A DNA stretch of 64,000 bases from Eledone cirrhosa (GCA_964016885.1 OZ024742.1:291958001-292022000), one strand, 5' to 3'; counted from the first letter of the stretch, positions 26,217 to 40,476 are shown. The notes: a model not told the origin generated them from the sequence alone. Translations and numbers: made by a program.

Positions 26217-26287
26217 AGGGTGTCCCACAAAATGTATACACATTCCAACAGCATTCTAATAAATATTTGTATACATTTTTGGGGGAT
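26217..26287. mobile_element. Tiny Tc1/mariner-like TIR remnant
   Basis: CAGGGTGTCCCACAAAATGTATACA ... TGTATACATTTTTGGGGGA. Confidence 0.55.
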
Positions 26288-26578
26288 AAGTACTAGGATC
26301 GATCTCAGCATAGCTAGTCTAATGACTGAAAGCAGTAAATGTAGACAGAAACTGCACTGTAGCCTCTTGTATACACGCATAAGTGATATTCAGTTATATC
26401 CCAGCACTTACTAACTTGGTCAAACAGATATCAATAGACTTCAAAGAAATAAGTACCAAGATCGATCTCAGCATAGCTAGTCTAATGACTGAAAGCAGTA
26501 AATGAATAAACGAATATATGTGTATATGTGTGTGTGTGTATATATATATGTGTGTGTATATATGTATATATCTATATA

Positions 26579-26611
<33 letters not shown>

Positions 26612-26812
26612 ATATATATATAATAATAATAATGAAATTGTGTACAGTGCTCAGGTGCACTACAACTCATCAAAGGTGCATGTATAGTACATAGAATAAT
26701 GTATGTATGTATGTATATATATATATGTATGTATGTATATATATATATGTATGTATGTATATATATATGTATATATATATGTATATATATATATATATGT
26801 ATGTATATGTAT

Positions 26813-26843
<31 letters not shown>

Positions 26844-26908
26844 TATATATATATGTATGTATATATATATATGTATATATATATATGTATGTATATATAT
26901 ATATGTAT

Positions 26909-27086
26909 ATCATCATCATCATCATCATCATCACCGTTTTACGTCCGTTCTTCCACGCTAGCATGGGTTAGACGGGTTGTCCTGTTGTGGGCAGTGTCTG
27001 GTCGGCTGACCATGCCTTGCTCATACAGGAACTGATCTGGCTTGATTTCTACAGCTGGATGCCCTTCCTAACACCAACCTCATTTA
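26909..27086 (-). mobile_element. 3' fragment of RTE-tailed SINE-like repeat
   Basis: (ATC)n tail and the ggatgcccttcctaacaccaacctcattta core shared with the SINE at 6087; embedded in (TA)n. Confidence 0.7.
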
Positions 27087-27133
27087 TATATATATATGTA
27101 TGTATATATATATATCTATATATATATCTATAT

Positions 27134-27344
<211 letters not shown>

Positions 27345-27369
27345 TATATGTATGTATATATATATATCT

Positions 27370-27405
<36 letters not shown>

Positions 27406-27408
<3 letters not shown>

Positions 27409-28350
27409 AAATCAGCAGTGGGGGAGGGTGCTCTGAAAGTACAGTAGCTGGAGTCAGAACTGGTTGGAAAAAGTTCAGAGAGCTTATACCACTATTAGCT
27501 GCTAAAGGGTTCTCCCTAAAAATGAAAGGCAGGTTGTACGATGCCTGCATACGAACAGCAATGTTGCATGGCAGTGAGACCTGGGCATTGTGTGCAGAGG
27601 ATATACGCAGACTAGAGAGGAACGAAGCTTGCATGCTCCGCTGGATGTGTAACAGTAATATACGTGAACGGCAAAGCATAAACGAACTAAGGAAAAAATT
27701 AGAAATAAGAGGGATCAGATGTTGTTTACTCGAGAGAAGGCTACATTGGTATGGTCACGTGATGCGCATGAAGGACGATAGCTGTATAACAAAGTGCAGG
27801 GCAATAAAGATAGACGGTAGCCACGGAATAGGCAGACCTAGAAAAACCTGGGACGAGCTGATAAACTCCGACCTCACACACTTACACCTCTCCAAGACAA
27901 TGTCACTGGACCGAAACCTTTGGCGGTACTCAGAAACAGAGAAGACCCACCTTACCTAAATACATAGTAAAACCTACTCCAGCCAGTAGGCATCTCTAAC
28001 AAAATACACCCCGTCCCACCACCACCACCCCCACCCCATCCACACCACCCCGTTCTATGTAAAGTTATGTTGGTGCCGCGCCATCCAGGCCGAAACAAAT
28101 GAGATCGTGTAGGTGTCACGACAAATAAACACAGTCCACGCTGTAATGTGGCCGTGTAGGCAACGTGGTAAAAACCTCCCAGCCCCACACTGTAAATGTG
28201 GTTGGTGTTAGGAAGGGCATCCAACTGTAGAAAACCTGCCAGACAGTCCTATGCGAGCAAGACAATCACTCTTGCCTCAAGTGGGACTACCCCCGTCCAA
28301 ACCCATGCAAGCGTGGAACACGGACGTTAAACGTTGATGATGATGATGAT
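27406..28350 (+). mobile_element. RTE-A LINE, 5'-truncated
   Basis: [12 protein letters not shown]...GRPRKTWDE, followed by the 3' UTR and (GAT)n. Near-identical to 38770-39707. Confidence 0.95.
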
Positions 28351-29039
28351 GTATATGTATATATGTATGTATATAGATATATGTATATGTATATATATAT
28401 GTATGTATATAGATATATGTATGTATATAGATATATGTATATATATATATATGTATGTATATGTATGTATATGTATGTATATATATATATATATGTATGT
28501 ATATGTATGTATATATATATATATATATGTATATGTATGTATATATATATATATATGTATATGTATGTATATATATATATATATGTATATGTATGTATGT
28601 ATATATATATATATATATGTATGTATATGTATGTATATATATATATATGTATGTATATGTATGTATATATATATATATGTATGTATATGTATATGTATGT
28701 ATATATATATATATGTATGTATATGTATGTATATGTATATATATATGTATGTATGTATATGTATATATATATGTATGTATATGTATGTATATGTATGTAT
28801 ATATGTATGTATGTATATGTATATATATATGTATGTATATGTATGTATATATATATATATATGTATGTATGTATATGTATATATATATGTATGTATGTAT
28901 ATGTATGTATATGTATATGTATATGTATGTATATGTATATATATATGTATGTATATGTATGTATATGTATATATATATGTATGTATGTATATGTATGTAT
29001 ATGTATATATATATGTATGTATATATATATATATGTATG

Positions 29040-29598
29040 TACGCAGACGACCTGACACTCATAGCGGAATCAATGGCCGAGCTAGAGAAGAAATTCCAAA
29101 CATGGAAGCACGGCCTAGAGTCAAAAGGACTTAAAATTAACCTGGCTAAGACCAAAGTACTAGTTTGTAGGAAAGAAAACAAGGCGGCGGTCCCTTCTGG
29201 GAAATGGTCGTGCTCGGTGTGTAGGAAAGGCGTAGGTAGAAACTCCATTTTATGTCCTAAATGCAAAGTATGGGTGCATAAAAGATGTAGTGGGATCACA
29301 GGTAAGCTAACTAAGAACATAGATTTTACATGTGGCCGGTGCTCTGGTGCAATAAGTAGCAGCAAGTGCCCACAAACTACTAGCTCTTTCAATTGCGCAG
29401 AGGGTTCTATAGAAATAGTGGACAGCTTCCGTTACCTGGGCGATAAAATCAGCAGTGGGGGAGGGTGCTCTGAAAGTACTGTAGCTAGAGTCAGAACTGG
29501 TTGGAAAAAGTTCAGAGAGCTTATACCACTATTAGCTGCTAAAGGGTTCTCACTAAAAATGAAAGGCAGGTTGTACGATGCCTGCATACGAACAGCAA
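29040..29598 (+). mobile_element. RTE-A internal fragment
   Basis: Runs from YADDLTL to CIRTAM, then joins the RTE-C fragment directly. Confidence 0.93.
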
Positions 29599-30002
29599 TG
29601 ATGACCCCTTAGCCTTTGTCAAGGCAGAATTCTAGGAGAAGGAAAACTCTGATATAACACCTGCAACCCTGATGGTATCCAATGATGTTGACTTGTTCTT
29701 CTTTTTGGTAAATATCATCTTGGTTAAGAGAGTGGGACTGGCTCTGTGCAGTGCCTTTGCTCACTATAAAAGCTTCACGGCACAGGCATTGCTTTATATC
29801 TGGAGATCTCTCTGCACTTGTCGTCACATGGTACCATGGGCCCAGCACTGTGTGTCAATAATTGTCACAGGTGTAGTGTTTGTACCAGAGTTTTCAAGTC
29901 GCTGGCTGGACTAAAAAGTCACTCGTTCAGCGCATCGGTAGGGGTTCTCCTACATGGATATAAAGTAGTGGCCGTACTCGAAAACGAGTTGGCAGCCACC
30001 AT
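29599..30002 (+). mobile_element. RTE-C (BovB-like, C2H2 tail) degenerate 3' end
   Basis: [17 protein letters not shown] and terminal tggccgtactcgaaaacgagttggcagccacc. Shared with 45108-45367. Confidence 0.7.
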
Positions 30003-30005
30003 ATG

Positions 30006-30038
<33 letters not shown>

Positions 30039-30136
30039 GTATATATATATGTATATGTATATATATATGTATATGTATATATATATGTATGTATATGTAT
30101 ATATATATGTATATGTATATATATATGTATATGTAT

Positions 30137-30168
<32 letters not shown>

Positions 30169-30346
30169 GTATATGTATATATATGTATATATATATGTAT
30201 ATGTATATGTATATATATGTATATGTATATATATATGTATATGTATATGTATATATATGTATATGTATATATATATGTGTATGTATATATGTATATGTAT
30301 ATATATATGTATATGTATGTATATGTATATATATATGTATATGTAT

Positions 30347-30378
<32 letters not shown>

Positions 30379-30650
30379 TATATGTATATATATGTATATA
30401 TATATATATTATATGTATATATATGTATATATATATATATTATATGTATATATATGTATATATATATATATTATATGTATATATATGTATATATATATTA
30501 TATGTATATATATATATATTATATGTATATATATGTATATATATATATATTATATGTATATATATGTATATATATATATATTATATGTATATATATGTAT
30601 ATATATATATATTATATGTATATATATGTATATATATATATATTATATGT

Positions 30651-30682
<32 letters not shown>

Positions 30683-30687
30683 GTATG

Positions 30688-30720
<33 letters not shown>

Positions 30721-30817
30721 GTATGTATGTATATATATATGTATGTATATATATATATGTATGTATATATATATATGTATGTATATATATATATATGTAT
30801 ATGTAAATATATATATA

Positions 30818-33390
30818 GGGGCACGAAAGTAGCACCCACATATGCCAACCTAGTCATGGGATTCCATGAACAACAAATATACAGTCAGTCCCTTCTCTTA
30901 TTTGGAGACTCTTTCCACACACACCTCAAAGCCAATTGGAAAAGATATCTAGACGACTGCTTTATCCTATGGCAAGAAGACATGAACTCACTTACTATGT
31001 TTAAAAACATGATAAACAACATAGATAATAACATACAATTCACAATGGAATCCAATCCCAAGGAATTAGCCTTCTTGGATATTCTCATCTCTGTAATAGA
31101 CGGGAAATTAGATACAGATATATTCTTTAAACCCACAGATTCCAAGCAATACCTCTTTTTCACATCAAGTCACCCAAAACATACAAAACTTAACATTCCT
31201 TGCAATTTGGCCAAACGTATATGTACCATAGTATCAGATCCACCTAAACGGGAGCAAAGACTAAAGGAACTAAAAGACGCCCTTATCTTAAGAGCCTTTC
31301 CACTTGAAATAATCAACAATGGAATAGACAGGGCAAAACACCTAAATCCCCATCAACTTAACAATCCAAAACAGAAAACCACACTCAACACCCTACCATA
31401 TGTATCCACTTTCAACCCCAGAAATACCGAAATGTTTGATCACCTACACAAAAACCTCCCCATCCTACTTAAAGATGTAAAAATGAAGTCTATTCTAGAA
31501 ACACACAAGATCCTTAAAAGTAAAAGACAACCCAAATCACTAAAACGCATTCTCACTGGACCAAATATACCCAAACCAATCCTCAACCCTACAGTTACCA
31601 AATGTGGTAGAACAAACTGTGGAACGTGCCTCTACCTCACTGAAGGACAAAAATTTACATTTAAAGATGGCCAAACATTTACAGTAAAAAACAATTTCAC
31701 CTGCAACTCGGAGAACTTGATTTACGCAATAACTTGCGGTGGGTGCAAACACAACTACATAGGACAGACGGGCACCTCATTACGCAAAAGAATGACCATC
31801 CACTGCCAACAAATCCGGGACGCTAACACGAGAAAAATCCCCTTGAGCAGCCATATTGCGAACTGCGCAGGAATGACACTACCCAACTTTAAAATCTTCC
31901 CCGTCTACAAGTGCTCAGATTCGTTCACACAGCAACAAAGAATAAACAAAGAAAATCTATTCCTTAACAAATTTAAACCAAAACTAAACGGGTTATCACC
32001 CCAATAGAATTGTCATAAAATTTAAACACACATACGCACGGAGTGACAGATATATGTGTGTGTATGTGTGCATGTATATAATTATCACTACTATTAAAGA
32101 CCAGAGACCAATTCTGTAGAATCAGGTTTATTCGTTGACAGACCATGCCTTTGTGTGACCAACACATCCATGTTAAACCCTGCACGTGCACACACATATA
32201 TCTATATATATATGCGCACACAGAATTCACCACTGTCGGTTGCGGGGCCCAATCTACATGAAGAACTCAATGTGATCAGAATGACTTGTATTTTAATTTC
32301 ACTGTCCTAACTTCTTATATTATGGAAAAAATATATGTGTATGTATGTATATATATATATATTTGGAGGTCATTTCTCTGTGTGTGGGTGTATGTATGTG
32401 TGTGTGTGTGTGTGCATGTGGATGTATGTATGTGTATGTATTGTGTGTGTGTGTATGTATGTGTGTATCTGGATGTATGCGTATGTGTATATATATGTGT
32501 GTGTGTGTATATATATGTGTGTGTGTGTGTGTTTGTATGTGTGTATGTATGTATATATGTGTATGTGTGTGTGTGTGTGTATATATATATGTGTATATAT
32601 ATGTGTGTATATATGTGTATGTACATATATATATATATATGTGTGTTTGTGTGTGTATGGATGTATGTGTATATATGTGTGTGTGTGTGTATATATGTGT
32701 GTGTATGTGTGTATATATGTGTATGTACATATATATATATATATGTGTGTTTGTGTGTGTATGGATGTATGTGTATATATGTGTGTGTGTGTGTATATAT
32801 GTGTGTGTATGTGTGTATATGTGTGTGTGTGTATATGTATGTGTGTGTGTATGTATATATATATTTTTATATATATGTATGTATATGTATATGTATGTGT
32901 GTGTGGATGAGGGTATATGTGTATATATAGGTGTAAGTGCACTAAAACCCTTTCTATCACTCTCCCCTCTCCGACCGACCACAGGGAGATATATGTATGT
33001 ATATTGCTTCCACCCACTCACTGACCAGCAGCTGGCCATCTGGCCATTGCTAAATCTGACCTTTATAAAATAATCCACTCCCCCAAATAACTCCTCTTTC
33101 ACTACCAGAAAGGCACACAGCAGTCAACTTGCTGCTACAAGATGAAAACTACTATGAAATCCCACACTGAATTTTATACTTGAATTTTCAAATCTCAAAT
33201 TTTAACTCTTCTTATTATTAATTTTCTTAATATTAATCAACATTTGAAAAGATGGCTTTTGCAGACCCATCGAAACCGGTCATTTTTTATACCCTTTATT
33301 ATTTCCTTACCTTATAAAATTATATGTTTTTTCACAAAAAAGTATTCTGTCTCTTATATATTCCATGTGCCATTACCAACCTCAATTTTC
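30818..33390 (+). mobile_element. Penelope-like element (Neptune-like), 5'-truncated, with open RT C-half + GIY-YIG ORF ending at 32007
   Basis: [59 protein letters not shown]. The microsatellite-rich 3' region ends with a hammerhead-like motif at 33244-33281. The 3' boundary is approximate. Confidence 0.9.
33244..33281 (+). ncRNA. Variant minimal hammerhead-like motif in the Penelope 3' terminus
   Basis: TTGAAAA-GATGG...CCATC-GAAACCGGTC, with palindromic ACCGGT stem III and a GTC triplet. Confidence 0.55.
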
Positions 33391-33391
33391 T

Positions 33392-33402
33392 CTATATATA
33401 TG

Positions 33403-33437
<35 letters not shown>

Positions 33438-33438
33438 G

Positions 33439-33471
<33 letters not shown>

Positions 33472-33475
33472 GTAT

Positions 33476-33507
<32 letters not shown>

Positions 33508-33511
33508 GTAT

Positions 33512-33543
<32 letters not shown>

Positions 33544-34291
33544 GTATATATATATGTATATGTGTATATATATATATATGTATATATATATGTATATATA
33601 TATGTATATATATGTATATATATATGTATATATATGTATATATATATGTATATATATGTATATATGTATATATATATGTATATATATATGTATGTATATA
33701 TGTATATATATATGTATATATATATGTATATATATATGTATATATATATGTATATATATATGTATATATATATGTATATATATATGTATATATATATGTA
33801 TATATATATGTATATATATATGTATATATATATGTATATATATATGTGTATATATATATGTATATATATATATATGTATATATATATGTATATATATATG
33901 TATATATATATGTATATATATATGTATATATATATGTATATATATATGTATATATATATGTATATATATATGTATATATATATATGTATATATATATATG
34001 TATATATATATATGTATATATATATATGTATATATATATGTATATATATATGTATATATATATGTATATATATATATGTATATATATATGTATATATATA
34101 TGTATATATATATGTATATATATATGTATATATATATATGTATATATATATGTATATGTATATATATATGTATATATATATGTATATGTATATATATATG
34201 TATATGTATATGTATATATATATGTATATATATATGTATATGTATATATATATGTATATGTATATATATATGTATATGTATATATATATGT

Positions 34292-34324
<33 letters not shown>

Positions 34325-34632
34325 TGTATATATGTATATATATATGTATATGTATGTATATATATATGTATATATATATGTATATATATATGTATATGTA
34401 TATGTATATATATATGTATATGTATATGTATATATATATGTATATGTATATGTATATGTATATATATATGTATATTTATATATGTATATGTATATGTATA
34501 TATATATATGTATATATATATATGTATGTATATATACATATGTATATATATATATGTATATGTATATATATATATGTATGTATATATACATATGTATATA
34601 TATATATGTATATGTATATGTATATATATATG

Positions 34633-34669
<37 letters not shown>

Positions 34670-34709
34670 GTATATGTATATATGTATATATATATGTATA
34701 TGTATGTAT

Positions 34710-34779
<70 letters not shown>

Positions 34780-34922
34780 GTATATGTATATATGTATATA
34801 TATATGTATATGTATGTATATATATATGTATATGTATGTATATATATATGTATATGTATATGTATATATATATGTATATGTATGTATATATATATGTATA
34901 TGTATATATGTATATATATATG
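33392..34922. repeat. Long compound (TA)n/(TATG)n microsatellite, one of many between 26.5 and 54.2 kb
   Basis: Almost entirely T/A/G periodic sequence. Similar tracts at 28351-29039, 30003-30817, 43399-45107, 45368-46158, 46504-47440 and 52225-53009. Confidence 0.97.
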
Positions 34923-35225
34923 TAAGCAAGATGTATGGTAGGTCGTATGTGAATTCTCTTAACTCCCCATAACCCATCCCTTTTACAATTCCGACAACTA
35001 ATATGAAGGAGCCCCCTTAGAATATAGACCCCAAATATACAAGCGGAGCTGCTGATGTATACCACAATTTCAAACTGCTAGTCTTAAGTGATACGTTGAT
35101 GTAAATAATGAACTTACAATCACCTGTTATATCCCTTGAAAAGTCCCACCATATGGTCGGACGAAACGGCTGTCGGCAATAAACTTGTTATAATGTCATA
35201 ATAGTTCCTTTGTTCTTTTTCATTA
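34922..35225 (+). mobile_element. Penelope-type terminal fragment with hammerhead-like motif (35136-35176)
   Basis: CCC-TTGAAAA-GTCC-cACC-atat-GGTc-GGAC-GAAAC-ggct-GTC-GG followed by AATAAA; flanked by (TA)n. Confidence 0.55.
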
Positions 35226-35964
35226 ATATATATATGTATATAAATATATATGTATATATATATATATGTATATATATGTATATGTATATATATGTATATA
35301 TATATATATATATGTATGTATATGTATATGTATATATATGTATATATATATATATGTATATATATGTATATGTATGTATATGTATATATATATATATATG
35401 TATATGTATATATATATGTATATGTATATGTATATATATGTATATGTATATGTATATATATATGTATATATATATATATGTATATATATGTATGTGTATA
35501 TATATATATGTATGTGTATATATATATATGTATGTGTATATATATATATATATGTATGTATATGTGTATATATATATGTATGTATATGTGTATATATATA
35601 TGTATGTATATGTGTATATATATATGTATGTATATGTGTATATATATATGTATGTATATGTATATATATATATATATGTATGTATATGTATATATATGTA
35701 TGTATATGTATATATATGGTTATAATGTAATGTACTCATTTTTCCACCTCTTCTAACATACGCCTAACTCCATAGTCAGTCCTTCCAACAGCATTTTCAG
35801 TCCTTCAAATAGCATTTTTTCTATCCTCTTTCCATTCCCCATGTATTTTCCAAAACAAATCTCTTGTATTTCTGTCATGATTGTAAAAATACGGAGTTTT
35901 TGACGTATATTTACTAAACAAATCTTGTATTTTTGTTCGTTAATACGGGGTTCTCACTTAAACC

Positions 35965-38900
35965 TATCTTCTCGCTAACAACTCAACACCCCTCCCTCCC
36001 GCCCCCACACACCACCATTATTATTACATGGACCAATCATAAGCCAGAGGCCTATACTATCGCTTACCTGGTCGCCTTCGATATGTAGGATGGAAGGACT
36101 ACGGAGTTCCGGAGAGTTGAAGAGAGAAAAATCTGGACGCTCAGCGACAATGCCAAAGTTAAAGACAATCACACCTCGAGGACGAAAATGTGAGCATGCC
36201 TCTTTGTTTCGGCCGCGGATGGCTAACATAACCCCATCTCCCCCCCGCTCCCCACCTTTCCAACCCCCCAAACGCAATCCAAAACTTCAGATTTGGTACC
36301 TTGAATGTAGGCACCTTAAAGGGTCGCTCTAACGAGGTTGTAGAAATGCTTGAACGTAAGGAGGTCGATGTTTGTTGTATCCAAGAGACCAGGTGGAGGG
36401 GTGGATCTGCTAGATACATTGTGGGTAGAAAACGATGCTATAAGCTTTTCTGGGTGGGAAACGACAATGGGCTGGGTGGAGTAGGAATCATGGTAGCAGA
36501 AAAGTGGGCAGATAAGATAATAGACGTAAATAGAGTGAACGACAGAATAATTGAAATAAGACTTGTCCTCAATAGAACTACGGTGACAGTAATATCCGCG
36601 TACGCACCCCAATCCGGACTGCCCAGCACTATAAAAGACAGATTCTATGAGACACTGATGCTCACTTCCTCCCAAATAACCGACAGTGACTATATAATTA
36701 TTGCAGGCGACCTAAACGGTCACGTTGGACAACATTGTGACGGCTACGACGAAATCCATGGAGGCTATGGGTTTGGTACTAGAAATGAGGAAGGCTCCAG
36801 AATCCTGGAATTCTGCGACGCAAATAAACTAACTATCTGCAACACTAACTTCAAAAAACGAGACAATCACTTGATCACCTACAGATCAGGGGAACATACT
36901 AGCCAGGTAGATTATATCCTTACCAGAAGACGTGACAAAGTGACTGTCGTAAACACTAAATCCCTCCCCCATGAAGAATGCACTTCCCAACATAGACTGA
37001 TAATTAGCGACCTAATAGTCAGGACGAGACGTACTAGACAACAGAAGAGGACTATCCTCAGGAGAAAAATATGGAAGCTAAAGGACCCCACAGCCAAAAA
37101 TAAATTCCAAAGCATATTACTTGATGCTTTCGACAGTGAGGAAGAGCAATTAGAGACGTACAAGGTAGAGGAACAGTGGGAATTCCTGAAAGCAAACCTG
37201 CTGACAGCGGCAGACGAAGTCTGTGGCTGGAGCAGGCCTGTAGGCAGGAGGAGAGTAACATGGTGGTGGAACAGTAAGGTGGAGGGGGTCAATTAAGGCC
37301 AAAAAGCAGGCTTGGAAAGTATGGCGGGATGGGGGAAGCAGAGAAGAGTATCAAGTGGCCAGGAGGGAAGCTAGGAGACAAGTGTACTTCGCAAGAAGGG
37401 AAGCAGAGGAAAGAAAGTTCAAGCATGTTCTACAACGCGAGGACCAAAAACGTGAGGTGTTCAGGATTGCTAGGCAATGTGTCAAGGAAAACAGTGATAT
37501 TGTCGGGGAGAAGTGTGTACTTAACGATGACGGCATACTTGCCATCACCGACGCCGATAAGAAGGTAGCTTGGAAGTGTCACTATGAAAGGCTACTAAAT
37601 GAGGAGAATAAATGGGAGAAAGACAGTCTCCCCCATATCGACCCAATAGAGGGACCAGCAGTGTTAGTCGAGGGTAGTATAATAAGTAAGGCAATCAAAG
37701 ATATGAAGACAGGCAAGGCGGCTGGGCCTTCGGAAATAGTTGCCGAGATGCTGAAGGCATCTGGTACGGTGGGACACACCATGGTCACCCGGATAGTCAA
37801 CCAAGTCATACAGAATGGGGTTGTTCTGAAGGACTGGCGCAGCAGCATTATCGTTAACTGTTATAAGGGTAAAGGAGATGCCCTAGATAGGAGTAACTAT
37901 AGAGGCATTAAATTAATCGACCAGGTCATGAAGGTCACGGAAAAAGTTATAGCGCAACTAATCAGAGAGCGAATTGATCTAGATGAAATGCAGTTCGGGT
38001 TTGTGTCAGGAAAAAGTACCACAGACGCTCTTTTCATCGTACGACAACTACAGGAGAAGTACCTAGCTAAAAGTAAACCCCTATACTTAGCTTTCGTCGA
38101 CTTGGAGAAGGCCTTCGACAGAGTCCCCCGTTCCATTATCTGGTGGGCTCTTAGAAAACTAGGTGTTGATGAATGGCTTGTGAGAGCTATACAAGCCATG
38201 TATAAAGAAACAGTCAGCAAGGTTAGAATTAACAACGAATATAGTGAAGAGTTTAGTGTAAAAGTTGGTGTTCATGAGGGCTCTGTTCTTAGGCCCCTAC
38301 TATTTATTATTGCCCTCCAGGCTATAACAGTGGAGTTCAAGACCGGCTGCCCATGGGAACTCCTATACGCAGATGATCTAATGCTCATAGCTGAATCAAT
38401 GGCCGAGCTAGAGAAGAAATTCCAAACATGGAAGCATGGCCTAGAATCAAAAGGCCTTAAAATTAACCTAGCTAAGACTAAAGTTCTAGTTTGTAAGAAA
38501 GAAAATAAGGCGGCGGTCCCCTCCGGGAAGTGGCCATGCGCAGAGTGTAGGAAAGGCGTAGGTAGAAATTCCATTTTGTGTCCCAAATGCAAAGTTTGGG
38601 TGCATAAAAGATGTAGTGGGATCACAGGTAAGCTAACTAAGAATATAGATTTTACATGTGGCCGGTGTTCTGGGGAAATAAGTAGCAGCAAGTGCCCACA
38701 AAATACTAGCTCTTTCAACTGCGCAGAGGGTTCTATAGAAATAGTGGAGAGATTCCGTTACCTGGGTGACAAAATCAGCAGTGGGGGAGGGTGCTCTGAA
38801 AGTACAGTAGCTAGAGTCAGAACTGGGTGGAAAAAGTTCAGAGAGCTTATACCACTTTTAGCCGCTAAAGGGTTCTCCCTAAAAATGAAAGGCAGGCTGT

Positions 38901-39707
38901 ACGATGCCTGCATACGAACAGCAATGTTGCATGGCAGTGAGACCTGGGCATTGTGTGCAGAGGATATACGCAGACTAGAGAGAAACGAGGCTTGCATGCT
39001 CCGCTGGATGTGTAATAGTAATATACGTGAACGACAAAGCATAAACGAACTAAGGAAAAAATTAGAAATAAGAGGGATCAGATGTTGTTTACTAGAGAGA
39101 AGGCTACGTTGTTATGGTCACGTGATGCGCATGAAGGATGATAGCTGTATAACAAAGTGCAGGGCAATAAAGATAGACGGTAGCCACGGAATAGGCAGAC
39201 CCAGAAAAACCTGGGACGAGCTGATAAATTCCGACCTCACACACTTACACCTCACCAAGACAATGTCACTGGACCGAGACCTTTGGCGGTACTCAGTAAT
39301 AGAGAAGACCCGCCTTACCTAAATACAAAGTAAAACCTACTACAGTCAGTAGGCATCTCTAACAAAATACACCCCGTCCCACCACCCCCACCCCATCCAC
39401 ACCGCCCCCTTCTATGTAAAGTTATGTTGGTGCCACACCATCCAGGCCGAAACAAATGAGATCGTGTAGGTGTCACGACAAAAAAAACACACAGTCTACG
39501 CTGTAATGTGGCCGTGTAGGCAACACGGTAAAAACCTCCCAGACCCACACTGTAAATGTGGTTGGTGTTAGGAAGGGCATCCAACTGTAGAAAACCTGCC
39601 AGACAGTCCTATGCGAGCAAGATAACCACTCTTGCCTCAAGTGGGAAAACCCCCGTCCAAACCCATGCAAGCGTGGAACACGGACGTTAAACGATGATGA
39701 TGATGAT
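35965..39707 (+). mobile_element. Near full-length RTE-A LINE (APE endonuclease + RT + PHD-like finger), single frameshift
   Basis: ORF 36301-37296 (LNVGTL, IQETRW, SAYAPQ, GDLNGHVG) and ORF 37355-39322 (YRGIKL, DLEKAFD, YADDL). A +1 G at ~37285 (GGAGGGGGTC versus GGAGGAGTC in the 49624 copy) splits them. (GAT)n tail. The 5' boundary is approximate. Confidence 0.95.
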
Positions 39708-39931
39708 ATGTATATATATATATGTATATATGTATATATATATATATATATATAGATAATTTAACATATCAACTAACATAGGCGCACAGATGCACGTCCA
39801 TGCCAGCAAATACACAGGTTATGTCATAGTACCTAGGTGGTTCAATGCAGGAGGGTGCAGAACAATAATATAAAAGACGTAAAATAAGAAAATACTTTTA
39901 AAAAATTTTTTACTTACTTACTTAAATTTTC

Positions 39932-40013
39932 AGTCCAACTAATTAGTTTCTGCAATGGGATAAAGACAGTTACGTAATCCAACTGTCGAGAATTCATTGC
40001 GTCATCAGGGAGT
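39932..40013 (-). ncRNA. Type I hammerhead ribozyme, unit 1 (GUU triplet, stem I mismatch)
   Basis: Minus strand: ACTCC CTGATGA cGCAATG..GACAGTT..AACTGTC..CATTGCa GAAAC TAATTA GTT GGACT. Confidence 0.65.
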
Positions 40014-40476
40014 CTATTCTCAGCTGAGTCTCCAGGCAATGCGCGGACACTGGTGGCTCATATAAAAATAATAATAATTCGGTAGAAAGAACAGCTGGCG
40101 AGGACTGGATTCTATGTACTGAAATTCTCACTGCTTCTAGTCAAATGGCCGATTCTAAAGAATCAATCACGTGACACAGAGGCTAGTTAGAAGGAATGGG
40201 ATGGTAAGATGACTGACGCCTACTAACACCCAAAAAAAAAATTTAGAAGTGGTTTTGGCAGGTTTGCTCGACAAATCAGTGATTTGGAGATAAATATAGA
40301 TAATTTAATATATCAACTAACATAGGCGCACAGATGCACGTCCATGCCAGCAAATACACAGGTTATGTCATAGTACCTAGGTGGTTCAATGCAGGAGGGT
40401 GCAGAACAATAATATAAAAGACGTAAAATAAGAAAATACTTTTAAAAAAATTTTTTACTTACTTACTTAAATTTTC

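Noticed and set aside
29818-32007. 729-aa ORF as a zinc finger-RT-GIY-YIG fusion
   Set aside because: Chance read-through from an RTE-C tail across a microsatellite into a truncated Penelope ORF; only 30818-32007 is real coding sequence.
33244-35065. 500+ aa Y/I/M/C/V/H-rich ORFs, and similar ones at 28.3-30.8, 43.3-47.5 and 52-54 kb
   Set aside because: Translations of stop-free (TA)/(TATG)n microsatellites, open in many frames.
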